NCBI GenBank assembly: GCA_049693615.1
Contig: JBAVQB010000034.1
Location: 31,322 to 95,321 of the forward strand
Reading direction: 5' to 3'
From: Candidatus Acidiferrales bacterium
GTDB taxonomy: Bacteria > Acidobacteriota > Terriglobia > Acidiferrales > UBA7541
DNA length: 64,000 nt
Shown in pieces: positions 1-8,746 of this stretch. Below the pieces are notes generated by a model that saw only the letters and a program-made list of their open reading frames with translations, searched no databases and was not told the DNA's origin. Position numbers and translations under genes: made by a program. Position 1 is the stretch's first letter. Each line of letters begins with the position of its first letter.

Positions 1-655
1 CGCCCAGGGAAAAGAGATCGGTGCGCTTGTCGAGATCGATCCCGCGCACTTGCTCCGGCGACATATAAGTCACGGTGCCGAGCGAGGTTCCCGGGCTGGT
101 CAACAGCGCCTCGGCAGGGGCGGTTTGCGCGGTGACCGTGACGCCTTCCGCCACTTTTTCATGGGTAGGAGTGAGTTTCGCCAAGCCGAAGTCGAGAATT
201 TTTGCGTGGCCGCGCGCGGTGATGAAAAGATTGGCGGGTTTGATGTCGCGATGAATGATTCCGGCGGAGTGCGCGGCGTCCAGACCCTCCGCGATTTGCG
301 TGCTCCAGTCGAGCAGCGATTCGATGTCCAACGGACGCCCGTCGATTTTGTGTTTCAGGGTCTGGCCATCGAGAAATTCCATGGCGATGAAGCGGCGGCC
401 GCCGTACTCGTCAATTTCGTAAATGGTGCAAATGTTGGGATGGTTCAGCGCGGACGCGGCTTGCGCCTCGCGCTGAAAGCGTTCCAGCGCAAACTCGTCC
501 TTGGCCAAATCTTCCGGCAGGAATTTCAGCGCGACGAAACGGCGCAGCTTGATGTCCTCAGCCTTATAAACCACACCCATCCCGCCGCCGCCCAGCTTTT
601 CCACGATGCGGTAATGCGAAACGGTTTGCCCGATGAACGAAGACGCGTCCGCCAT
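1..655 (-). CDS. Ser/Thr protein kinase, N-terminal catalytic domain only (gene continues past the window start)
   Basis: The minus-strand frame is open from the window edge up to ATG at 655 (alternative GTG at 664). My translation reads [60 protein letters not shown]. These are the glycine loop, catalytic loop, DFG and APE-like motifs of Hanks kinases. It is missing from the ORF track because it is partial. The listed + ORF 50..703 is its antisense shadow. Confidence 0.85.
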   Translation of the reverse strand, partial: MADASSFIGQTVSHYRIVEKLGGGGMGVVYKAEDIKLRRFVALKFLPEDLAKDEFALERFQREAQAASALNHPNICTIYEIDEYGGRRFIAMEFLDGQTLKHKIDGRPLDIESLLDWSTQIAEGLDAAHSAGIIHRDIKPANLFITARGHAKILDFGLAKLTPTHEKVAEGVTVTAQTAPAEALLTSPGTSLGTVTYMSPEQVRGIDLDKRTDLFSLG

Positions 656-664
656 GTGCCGCAC

Positions 665-693
665 ATCTTAATTTGCGGGATAACGCAAGTCAA
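665..693 (-). promoter_or_regulatory. sigma70-like promoter (TTGACT-N17-TAAGAT) abutting the kinase start codon; implies a leaderless or near-leaderless mRNA
   Basis: The minus strand reads TTGACT (688-693), a 17-nt spacer, then TAAGAT (665-670), then GTGCGGCAC and ATG at 655. There is no Shine-Dalgarno sequence between the -10 and the ATG. The same architecture recurs at 3645-3673. Confidence 0.55.
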
Positions 694-737
694 CGCAGCT
701 TAACTTTGCGTTTTATCGGCTTGGGTTTTGAACTTCG

Positions 738-824
738 ATGTCTAGTTTATTTAAAAGTCTGCGCTGGTATTGCGAGATCGCAGCGATTGGCCCAAGTCGC
801 CGCGTAGCCCACCCGATTCTTTGA
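738..824 (+). pseudogene. 5' stub of a duplicated membrane sensor (GGDEF-EAL paralogue) gene, truncated after about 17 homologous codons
   Basis: ATG at 738 gives MSSLFKSLRWYCEIAAIG.., which parallels MADPDPRLFKNLRLYCQITSIGA.. of the real gene at 3839. The 27 nt upstream of both ATGs are also conserved. Similarity ends near 790 and TGA follows at 822-824. Confidence 0.55.
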
Positions 825-854
825 GATAGGTGTAAATGCGGCGCCGGAATTGCG

Positions 855-3635
855 TTACCGCGGTGCAGGCGCCGCATCGCGCAGCAGGACCACGTCTGAT
901 TCGGTGTGAGAACGTAGGACGCCGATGGTCTTGCCGTCTGGAGAGAATCGGAATGACGAAATCGTATCGGACCCGAAGTTTGTAATCTGGCGGCCTCGAG
1001 AACCATCGAGCGGCTGTAACCAGAGATTGTCCGTACCACTCTCGTGGATGGGATACACGACCGCCTTCCCATCCGGCGTGAATTTCAGTGCAGCCGCGAC
1101 GCGCGGATCAGGATCCAGCATGCGCCGCGCCGGCTGCGGCCCGGCGTTCAGAGGTACCAGAGCGATCTGATGAATGATCTCAGCCGAACCGCCCGACGTA
1201 ACGAACGCCAGCAGCTTGCCATCCGGTGCGATGGCGAGTCCATAGTCGAAATAGCCGCCGGGTAAATCTGTTCCTTGCACAGTCTCCCGGGCCCCGCCGT
1301 CAATGCTCACTCGCTTGAGTAGAAGATTTTGCACGTCTTCATAGTGCACCCAGCGTCCGTCCGGTGAACATTGCGGCGCAACGTCTTGCGTCCCATCCGT
1401 GAGTTGCTTGGCGTCCGAACCGTCGGCGTTCACCCTCCAGATGCCCGCCTGGTTACTGGCGGAATGGCCCGCCCAGGTGAAGACGATATAGCGGCCGTTT
1501 TGGCAGCTGGTCGGTTGAATAATTTGGGCGGCGGGGTCACTCAGCAGGATCGCTTTGTGTGCGCCGTCGACTGACACCCGCACCAGGGAATCGACATCAT
1601 CGAAGTAAAGGATGCCGTTATCCGCCCAGTCAAAAAAAATAGCGTCCTTGACTTGCACCGGCGCGGGATTCGGAGGATTCCCGGTGAATCCGGCGGCAGG
1701 CAGCAGGTAGAACGTCTGTGTGGCTCTTTGCTGGACCGTGGCGAGTGTTCTTCCGTCCGCCGAGAGAGTAACTGTCTGATAGTTATTGGTGTCCCTAGTA
1801 ATGGGACGAAACTGGCCGGCCGGTTCAGATACAAACGCGATTTGACTCCGCGCGTAGGGAGTGGCGTTCGGTTGATAAGTGGCGACCAAGCCACGCGAGT
1901 CGGGCAGCCATGCCAAGTCGTTCAACTGCACGTTGTTGAACCGGGACAGCGTTTTCACCTTACCGGAAGGCACGTCCTGTATTTGAATCACACCCAGTGC
2001 ACCGTCCGCGCCAGGCATTGCAGAGGCGATCTGTTTGCCGTCGGGCGACCAGGCGACGGCGCTCGGAAGTGCGGGTGCGGGCCCCTCTGCGAAAGCCAAC
2101 TCGTCCGAGCCATCTGTGTTTGCCGTAAGCAGTCCAAACTTTCCGACGTCGGGGTACAATCCCCGCACGAAGGCAAAGCGCTGGCCATCGGGCGAAAAAG
2201 TGACTCGGGTGTCAACATTTTTCACGATCAGCTGCGGTGTCCCGCCCAGCACCGGCGCACGGAGAAGATCGTGACCCTCAGCGATCTTGTCAACCGCCCG
2301 CAGGAAATAGATGTAGTCACCGTTCGGAGAAAAAGCAAGATTCTGGTACAAAGCATCCGCTGGAGCAATTACCTGCGTGTCGCTGTTGGTTGGCACGTGG
2401 CGCAACCACAGGCTCTGTTTTCCGTTGTCGTCTATCACGGTTAGCAGATATTTCGCGTCGGGCGAAATTGCTGCAGCAATGGTTTTCCCATTGTTGGTGA
2501 CTTGCGTCACGGCGTAATTCTCAAACGGCAGGTGAGGTTTGGCGCCAAAAAATGAATAGAGCCCGTAGCCAGCAGCCGCCACCAAAAGAAGCACGATTAT
2601 GGCACCCGCAAATAGTCCAATTTTGTGCTGCTTGGCAGCTTCGACCACCGCCGAACTGCCGGATGCGTGTGACACCGATGAATCTTTCGGCAGAATCCGC
2701 GCGGCTGTGTTGGATTTTTGCCCGGACTGCTCTATGGTGCGCCCCGAATCCGTGTCGCGCTTCAGGCGCTGCAGGTCCGCTTGCATTTCGGAAGCGTGCT
2801 GGTAACGGAGCTTGCGGTCTTTCTCCAGCGCCTTGTCGATGATGCGCTCGAGCTCCGCCGGCAATTCGGCCTTCAGCCGCGACGGCAGGACAGGCGCCTT
2901 GTGCAGGATGGCGTCAAAAATGGCCGCTGAGGTTGCGCCGGAGTAAGGCAGCGCACCTGTGGCCATTTCGTAGAGCACCGCGCCAAAGGAAAACAGGTCT
3001 GTGCGCGCGTCTAAGTCTTCTCCCATCGCCTGTTCCGGCGACATATAGAGGACGGTTCCCACGGCCGAGCCCGGACTGCTGAGCACCTCATCGGCGGTGG
3101 CGGTGGCAAGCGCGGACGCCGTCACTCCCGGGCTCACTCGGCGCGGCGAAAGAATCTTGGCCAGCCCGAAATCGAGCACCTTGCTCTGGCCGCTGCGCGT
3201 GCAAAAAAGATTCGCCGGCTTGATGTCGCGATGAACAATTCCTTTCGCATGAGCTGCGGCGAGGGCATGCGCTACCTGGATCGCAATCTCCAGCAGATCA
3301 TCGAGCGGCAGCGGCCCGTCAGCGATACGGTGCTTCAGCGTCCGGCCATCGAGAAACTCCATGGCGATGAAATGCTGGTCTTGATATTCATCAATTTCGT
3401 AGATGGTGCAGATGTTGGGATGGTTCAGCGCAGAGGCCGCGCGTGCCTCGCGCTGGAACCGTTCGAGTGCCGCGCGATCACCCCCTAGTTCCTCCGGCAG
3501 GAATTTCAGCGCCACGTGCCGGCCGAGCCTTTTGTCCTCGGCCTTGTACACCACACCCATACCTCCGCCACCCAGCTTTTCCACGATGCGGTAGTGCGAA
3601 ACGGTTTGCCCAATAAGCGAAGACGCGTCCGCCAT
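855..3635 (-). CDS. Ser/Thr protein kinase with one TM helix and a C-terminal TolB/PD40-type beta-propeller region
   Basis: ORF 855..3644. The N-terminus has [28 protein letters not shown] and MSPEQ. The TM segment is [25 protein letters not shown]. At least 9 SPDG/SPNG/APDG-type repeats follow ([39 protein letters not shown]). I prefer ATG 3635 over GTG 3644 because the -10 hexamer ends at 3645. Confidence 0.9.
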   Translation of the reverse strand: MADASSLIGQTVSHYRIVEKLGGGGMGVVYKAEDKRLGRHVALKFLPEELGGDRAALERFQREARAASALNHPNICTIYEIDEYQDQHFIAMEFLDGRTLKHRIADGPLPLDDLLEIAIQVAHALAAAHAKGIVHRDIKPANLFCTRSGQSKVLDFGLAKILSPRRVSPGVTASALATATADEVLSSPGSAVGTVLYMSPEQAMGEDLDARTDLFSFGAVLYEMATGALPYSGATSAAIFDAILHKAPVLPSRLKAELPAELERIIDKALEKDRKLRYQHASEMQADLQRLKRDTDSGRTIEQSGQKSNTAARILPKDSSVSHASGSSAVVEAAKQHKIGLFAGAIIVLLLVAAAGYGLYSFFGAKPHLPFENYAVTQVTNNGKTIAAAISPDAKYLLTVIDDNGKQSLWLRHVPTNSDTQVIAPADALYQNLAFSPNGDYIYFLRAVDKIAEGHDLLRAPVLGGTPQLIVKNVDTRVTFSPDGQRFAFVRGLYPDVGKFGLLTANTDGSDELAFAEGPAPALPSAVAWSPDGKQIASAMPGADGALGVIQIQDVPSGKVKTLSRFNNVQLNDLAWLPDSRGLVATYQPNATPYARSQIAFVSEPAGQFRPITRDTNNYQTVTLSADGRTLATVQQRATQTFYLLPAAGFTGNPPNPAPVQVKDAIFFDWADNGILYFDDVDSLVRVSVDGAHKAILLSDPAAQIIQPTSCQNGRYIVFTWAGHSASNQAGIWRVNADGSDAKQLTDGTQDVAPQCSPDGRWVHYEDVQNLLLKRVSIDGGARETVQGTDLPGGYFDYGLAIAPDGKLLAFVTSGGSAEIIHQIALVPLNAGPQPARRMLDPDPRVAAALKFTPDGKAVVYPIHESGTDNLWLQPLDGSRGRQITNFGSDTISSFRFSPDGKTIGVLRSHTESDVVLLRDAAPAPR

Positions 3636-3644
3636 GTGCCGCAC

Positions 3645-3673
3645 ATATTAAGTTGCGCGACAATGCAAGTCAA
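3645..3673 (-). promoter_or_regulatory. sigma70-like promoter (TTGACT-N17-TAATAT) abutting the kinase start; leaderless-type arrangement
   Basis: The minus strand reads TTGACT (3668-3673), a 17-nt spacer, then TAATAT (3645-3650), then GTGCGGCAC and ATG (3635). No SD is present. It is a paralogous copy of the site at 665-693. Confidence 0.6.
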
Positions 3674-3838
3674 CGAATGGGCCTCTCCCTATTGCTCGCC
3701 ATTGATACCTGATAGGTACACGGCGCGCGTAACTTCCTTGTATCCCGTGGGCGTTGGGTCACACTGGAGTCCCTTCCGCCTTCCGGCATTTATAGCTTGG
3801 ATTTTTCCGTTCCTATTGGCTTGAGGCTTTGAACTTCA

Positions 3839-6800
3839 ATGGCTGATCCTGACCCACGTCTATTCAAAAACCTGCGCTTGTATTGCCAGATCACGTCTAT
3901 CGGTGCTGTGGTATTGGGATGTGTGGTTCTGTACGGTTGGGCGTTCGACATCGAAACGCTGAAAAGCGTTCTTCCCGGGCTGACGACAATGAAGTCGGAT
4001 ACGGCGACGGGTTTGGCATGTGCCGGCGCTTCTCTATGGTTGCTGCTTCCCGATAAGTCTCGCCCGCTGAGGAGAAACCTTGCGCGGCTGCTCGCCCTGG
4101 TGCCGATGTTCATCGGCTCGCTCACTTTGGGCGAGTACATATTTCGGGTAAACCTAGGCATCGATCAACTAATATTCCGCGACTTCAAAGGATCCCACGG
4201 AACGTCCGCGCCGGGCCGCATGTCTCCCATGACCGCGATGGTCTTACTGAATACGGGATTGGCTTTGATACTGCTGAATTCGAAGACGCGGCGCGGAGGT
4301 CGGACCGCGCAGGCACTGAGTCTGTTCTCTGCTTTGATCACGATGGTAGTTTTTAACGGTTATCTCTATCACGCCATGGCGCTCAGCAAAGTTCTGTTTT
4401 ATACACAGATGGCTCTGCATACCTCGATTGCCTTATCTTTGCTCAGCGTCGCCGTTTTCTTCGCACGTCCTTCAGCGGGCATAGCCGGTGACCTAACCGG
4501 TGAAGGCTCCGGAAGCGTAATGGCCCGACGGTTTCTTCCCGCGGTTTTCCTGGTTCCAATGCTTCTAGGCTGGATTCGCCTGCGAGGACAATATGCGGGC
4601 TTTTACGGAACAGAATTAGGTCTATCTCTATATGTGACCGCGACCATCGTTGCGTTCGCGGTTCTGGTTTGGTTAAGCGCGCGCCATATGAATCGGGAAT
4701 ATGATCAGCGTCGAACGGCAGAAAGTGGCGTACGCAAGTTAAATGCGGACTTGGAAGCGCGCGTTGTCGAACGCACCAGGACACTCGAGCAGCAGACCAC
4801 GATTCTTGCGGATCAGGCCGCGCTGCTCGATCTCGCGCACAACGCCATCCTGGTTCGTGACATGGACAATCGTATCTTGTTCTGGAACCGGGGCGCCGAA
4901 GAAATGTACGGGTGGCCGGCATATGTGGCAGTCGGAAGGATCACTCGTGAGCTCCTGAAAACGGAATTCTCAGAACCCATAGAGAAAATCAATGCCCAAC
5001 TTTTTCGAGAAGGTCACTGGGAAGGCGAGGTCGTTCATTACACACGCGACGGCACTCGCTTAAATGCCGAGTGCCGCTGGGCTTTGCAGCGCGACAAAGA
5101 TGGCACGCCCGTCCGTATTCTCAACATCATTCACGACATTACCGAACGCAAACAGGCCGCGGAAGCACTCTTCCTGGAAAAGGAGCGCGCTCAAGTCACG
5201 CTGAACTCCATCGGCGACGCTGTTATTTGTACAGACATCTCGGGAAATATCACTTTCCTGAATTTCGTGGCGGAGAAAATGACAGGTTGGTCGTATAAGG
5301 AAGCTGCAGGGCGGCCGATGCCCGAAGTTTTCCGAATTCTTGCTGGGTCCACCCGAGCAACCGTCCCTAACCCGATGGAAGCGGCCGTTGGGCAGAATCA
5401 AACCGTGCATCTGCCGGAGGACTGCATCCTTATCCGCCGCGACGGATTCGAGATTCCTATCGAAGATTCCGTTGCTCCCATACATGGCCGTGACGGCACT
5501 CCGACCGGAGCTGTAATCGTGTTTCGCGACGTGAGCGCCGCTCGCGCTACGTCACTCGAAATGGCCTATTCCGCCCAGCACGATTTTCTTACCAAGCTGC
5601 CCAATCGCATGGCGCTCAATGAGCACATCCGCCATGCCATTGCGCTGGCCCCGCGCCATGCGAAAAAACTGGCTCTCTTGTTTCTGGATTTGGACGGCTT
5701 CAAGCACATTAACGATTCCCTGGGTCATCCGCTTGGCGACAAGCTTCTTCAATCCGTTGCCAAGGGCCTGCTGGGATGCGTGCGCGGATCGGACACGGTG
5801 AGCCGGCAGGGTGGCGATGAATTTATCATTCTACTTTCCGAGATTGAACAACCGGAGGACGCCGCGATATCCGCGCGGAGGATTCTCGATTGCATTGGGA
5901 AAGCTCACTGGATCGACGATCACGATCTTCACGTCACAACCAGCATCGGCATTAGCGTCTATCCCGACGATGGCGGCGACCCCGACACCCTTATCAAGAA
6001 TGCCGACCTAGCCATGTACCAGGCCAAAGAAAATGGGCATCACGGCTTTAGGTTTTTCATGCCAGCCATGAACGAACGGGCGGTGGCGCGGCAATCCATC
6101 GAAGAAGGCTTGCGTCGGGCCATCGAACGAAAAGAATTCACGCTGCACTATCAACCCAAGGTGAACCTGGCCATCGGTGAGATAACCGGGGCCGAAGCTC
6201 TGCTGCGCTGGACGCATCCCACTCGCGGCCCCATTTCTCCCGCGGAATTCATCCCGGTGGCGGAAGACTGCGGCCTGATTGTTTCCATCGGCAATTGGGT
6301 TCTTCGCGAAGCTTGCCGGCAAGCGCGCGAATGGGTGGAGGCTGGCCTGCCGCTGACTACCATGGCTGTGAATATTTCCGCGATGGAATTCCGCGACGAA
6401 CACTTTCTGGAAGGCGTTTTTACGATTCTGGACGAGACTGGATTCAATCCGCGCTGTCTGGAGATCGAAGTGACCGAGAGTGTGCTGATGAAGCGCGTGG
6501 AATCCACCGGAGGAATATTAAGGGCGCTAAAAGAGCACGGCGTGCAAGTCGCCGTGGACGATTTCGGCACGGGTTACTCCAGCTTGAGCTATCTGCGGAA
6601 GTTTCCCATCGATGCTCTGAAAATCGATCAGTCTTTTATCCGGCAGATCACTACTACTCCTGACGAAGTCTCCATCGTGACCGCGATCATCAACATGGCT
6701 CGCAGCATGAAACTTCGCGTGGTTGCGGAAGGCGTCGAGACACAACAGGAAATGCTATTTCTGCGGGATCACAAATGTGACGAAGCACAGGGCTATTATT

Positions 6801-6880
6801 TCGGCCGACCGTTGCCGCCTGCGGGATTTGCCAAGTTACTGGCAGCGGGCGTGGCCACAAAAGTCCCAGTCGAAATCTAA
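3839..6880 (+). CDS. Membrane sensor with PAS/PAC x2, GGDEF diguanylate cyclase and EAL phosphodiesterase domains
   Basis: 1013 aa. The N-terminal ~290 aa are multi-pass hydrophobic. PAS/PAC segments include ILFWNRGAEEMYGW..DITERKQAEEAL and LNSIGDAVICTD..MTGW. The GGDEF motif is intact (SRQGGDEFIILL), with RGSD five residues upstream (I-site spacing). EAL residues are present (GAEALLRW, EIEVTES, DDFGTGYSSL, KIDQSF, EGVETQ, QGYYFGRP). Confidence 0.9.
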   Translation: MADPDPRLFKNLRLYCQITSIGAVVLGCVVLYGWAFDIETLKSVLPGLTTMKSDTATGLACAGASLWLLLPDKSRPLRRNLARLLALVPMFIGSLTLGEYIFRVNLGIDQLIFRDFKGSHGTSAPGRMSPMTAMVLLNTGLALILLNSKTRRGGRTAQALSLFSALITMVVFNGYLYHAMALSKVLFYTQMALHTSIALSLLSVAVFFARPSAGIAGDLTGEGSGSVMARRFLPAVFLVPMLLGWIRLRGQYAGFYGTELGLSLYVTATIVAFAVLVWLSARHMNREYDQRRTAESGVRKLNADLEARVVERTRTLEQQTTILADQAALLDLAHNAILVRDMDNRILFWNRGAEEMYGWPAYVAVGRITRELLKTEFSEPIEKINAQLFREGHWEGEVVHYTRDGTRLNAECRWALQRDKDGTPVRILNIIHDITERKQAAEALFLEKERAQVTLNSIGDAVICTDISGNITFLNFVAEKMTGWSYKEAAGRPMPEVFRILAGSTRATVPNPMEAAVGQNQTVHLPEDCILIRRDGFEIPIEDSVAPIHGRDGTPTGAVIVFRDVSAARATSLEMAYSAQHDFLTKLPNRMALNEHIRHAIALAPRHAKKLALLFLDLDGFKHINDSLGHPLGDKLLQSVAKGLLGCVRGSDTVSRQGGDEFIILLSEIEQPEDAAISARRILDCIGKAHWIDDHDLHVTTSIGISVYPDDGGDPDTLIKNADLAMYQAKENGHHGFRFFMPAMNERAVARQSIEEGLRRAIERKEFTLHYQPKVNLAIGEITGAEALLRWTHPTRGPISPAEFIPVAEDCGLIVSIGNWVLREACRQAREWVEAGLPLTTMAVNISAMEFRDEHFLEGVFTILDETGFNPRCLEIEVTESVLMKRVESTGGILRALKEHGVQVAVDDFGTGYSSLSYLRKFPIDALKIDQSFIRQITTTPDEVSIVTAIINMARSMKLRVVAEGVETQQEMLFLRDHKCDEAQGYYFGRPLPPAGFAKLLAAGVATKVPVEI

Positions 6881-7135
6881 ATTTATGGAAGGTGTTTTTT
6901 GTGGCGCGCCTTTCCAAGCCGGCTTCGTCGCCCGTCGCGGGACCGGGCGGCCTCTTCCCTTTGCGTTTACAGCAACGGCGACGGAAAAACTTAAGACGTA
7001 TCCATCTCCGCACAAATTGCAGCAGCAACTTTCCTCCGGCGCCTGCCGATGTTAGTGTGACAATCAAACTGGGCTGCCAGGCTGAAGCCCGGCACTACGA
7101 AAGACAACACGCTGCCTTGGGAGCGAGTGAGCCGA

Positions 7136-7903
7136 ATGAAACAAAACGCAATTCTCGATCTCGCCCTGATCTTGTGTTTCGCCTCATACGCCAGCACTGC
7201 CCGCGGGCGAGACAATCAGCCCCAAACGCCGTCCCAATCCCAATCGCAATCGCCCAGTGACGCGGCGCGACAAGCGCGCGACGCAAAGTCCGCCGCTCCA
7301 CAATCTTCCACTGTCGTCATCGACAACGCCTCCGCGAATCAAGGCGCTTCCACAAATCCGGCCGTCGCGAGCCGACTTTCCGCAGACCGCCAGGCTTACT
7401 GCGAAGAATTGCGCAAGCGCAAAGACACCTCTGCTGAACAAGCCTGCGCCGCGCTCACCATCGACATGGGCGCGGACTATGAAGCGCTGGCCGACCGGTT
7501 TACGCAGCTGGCAAAAACTGTATGTGCTGCAAACAACGGGCTGATGCCTTCCACTCAGCCGCCGGATCCTGCGATCGCGGCTCAATGGCGCGATCTTGTG
7601 GCTGCCAATTCCAAGTTCTCGGAAATGATGAAAGCGGAAATGAAAACGCTCAGCGACGCGGAGGCGGCCGTCAAGTCCATCAGCGAGGAAGAATTGCGCG
7701 AAGCGTCAGAAAAGCTGCCGGATTGGCCCGACGCGAAAGCCGTGGCGCACAATCCGCAGGAGAAGCAGCGCTTCCACGAGATCCAGGAAAAATACAAGCC
7801 GCGCATTCACGGAGTTGAACTGATCGCGGCGCAGGAAAAACCTCGGGTGCAGAAGTACTTCTACGACCTGGAGCGGACGCAAGAAATTTGCGGACGCCAT
7901 TAA
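7136..7903 (+). CDS. Secreted hypothetical protein, tandem paralogue 1 (four conserved Cys)
   Basis: ORF 7127..7903. I prefer ATG 7136 (MKQNAILDLALILCFASYASTARG signal-like). It shares blocks with the next gene: ARQAR.AKS.AP, DRQAYCEELRKRK, AEQACAAL.IDMG, LAK.VCAAN, AQWR.LVA, NPQEKQR. Confidence 0.7.
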   Translation: MKQNAILDLALILCFASYASTARGRDNQPQTPSQSQSQSPSDAARQARDAKSAAPQSSTVVIDNASANQGASTNPAVASRLSADRQAYCEELRKRKDTSAEQACAALTIDMGADYEALADRFTQLAKTVCAANNGLMPSTQPPDPAIAAQWRDLVAANSKFSEMMKAEMKTLSDAEAAVKSISEEELREASEKLPDWPDAKAVAHNPQEKQRFHEIQEKYKPRIHGVELIAAQEKPRVQKYFYDLERTQEICGRH

Positions 7904-7931
7904 GCGATATGCTGCCTGAGGAGGCTATACC

Positions 7932-8675
7932 TTGCTAAGAGCCGCGGCGCTGAATCCAATGCTTATCCTCTCATTCGCGTGCTTCGCTTGCATTGCGCGG
8001 GCGCAAGAGGCTCCCTCGCAACCGCAATCGCTCGGCGATGTAGCGCGCCAGGCGCGCGCCGCGAAATCTTCCGCCCCAAAATCAGCCGTCGTGCTGGATG
8101 ACGACAATATGCCCAAATCCAAAGGTGGCGCAGCGAGTGGCGGAAACCTTTCGCCCGACAAGCAAGCCTATTGCGACGAATTGCGCCAACGCAAACAGCC
8201 CGACGCCGAACAAAGTTGCGCGGCGCTCGCCATCGACATGGGTCCTGAATATGAGGATGTGTTCGCGCGCTACGTCGAGCTGGCAAAAATTCTTTGCGCT
8301 GCAAATGGCGGCCACCTCCCTAACAGCGAGCCTAAAGATCCCACCCAATTGGCGCAATGGCGCGAACTAGTGGCCGTATCCCAGAAGTTTTCCGAAGTTA
8401 TGAAGCCTGAAAAGGAATTGCTGCTGGACGCGGAAAAAGGCAGCGAGATTATCCGCCAGCAGGAATACATCGAGCTCGAGAAATCCGTGCCGGGCTGGCG
8501 TACCCCTGGTGCTTTTGCGGCAAATCCGCAAGAAAAGCAGCGCTACGATGAGATCACGGGGGAGTACAACGCTCGCATCGCAGCACATGAAACCGCCGCC
8601 CTGAGCGAAAAAGCTCGCGGACGGCGGTTCGTTGTGGACATGATGCGCCTGCGAGATGCCTGTAACCCGCACTAG
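7932..8675 (+). CDS. Secreted hypothetical protein, tandem paralogue 2
   Basis: TTG start preceded by GAGGAGG 7 nt upstream. The signal-like N-terminus is LILSFACFACIARAQE. It is collinear with 7136..7903 at roughly half identical residues by eye. Confidence 0.7.
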   Translation: MLRAAALNPMLILSFACFACIARAQEAPSQPQSLGDVARQARAAKSSAPKSAVVLDDDNMPKSKGGAASGGNLSPDKQAYCDELRQRKQPDAEQSCAALAIDMGPEYEDVFARYVELAKILCAANGGHLPNSEPKDPTQLAQWRELVAVSQKFSEVMKPEKELLLDAEKGSEIIRQQEYIELEKSVPGWRTPGAFAANPQEKQRYDEITGEYNARIAAHETAALSEKARGRRFVVDMMRLRDACNPH

Positions 8676-8746
8676 CGCCGCGCTAGCTCGTCAGTTTACG
8701 AGGTCCGCCGGTCACAGACTTTTTTCCAATGCTTTCCCCGCGGGCG

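Noticed and set aside
50-703. 217-aa + strand ORF
   Set aside because: It lies exactly antisense to the kinase catalytic domain, whose Hanks motifs read perfectly on the minus strand. The translation is Arg/Gly/Ala-rich, with no motif and no RBS. This is the typical high-GC shadow ORF.
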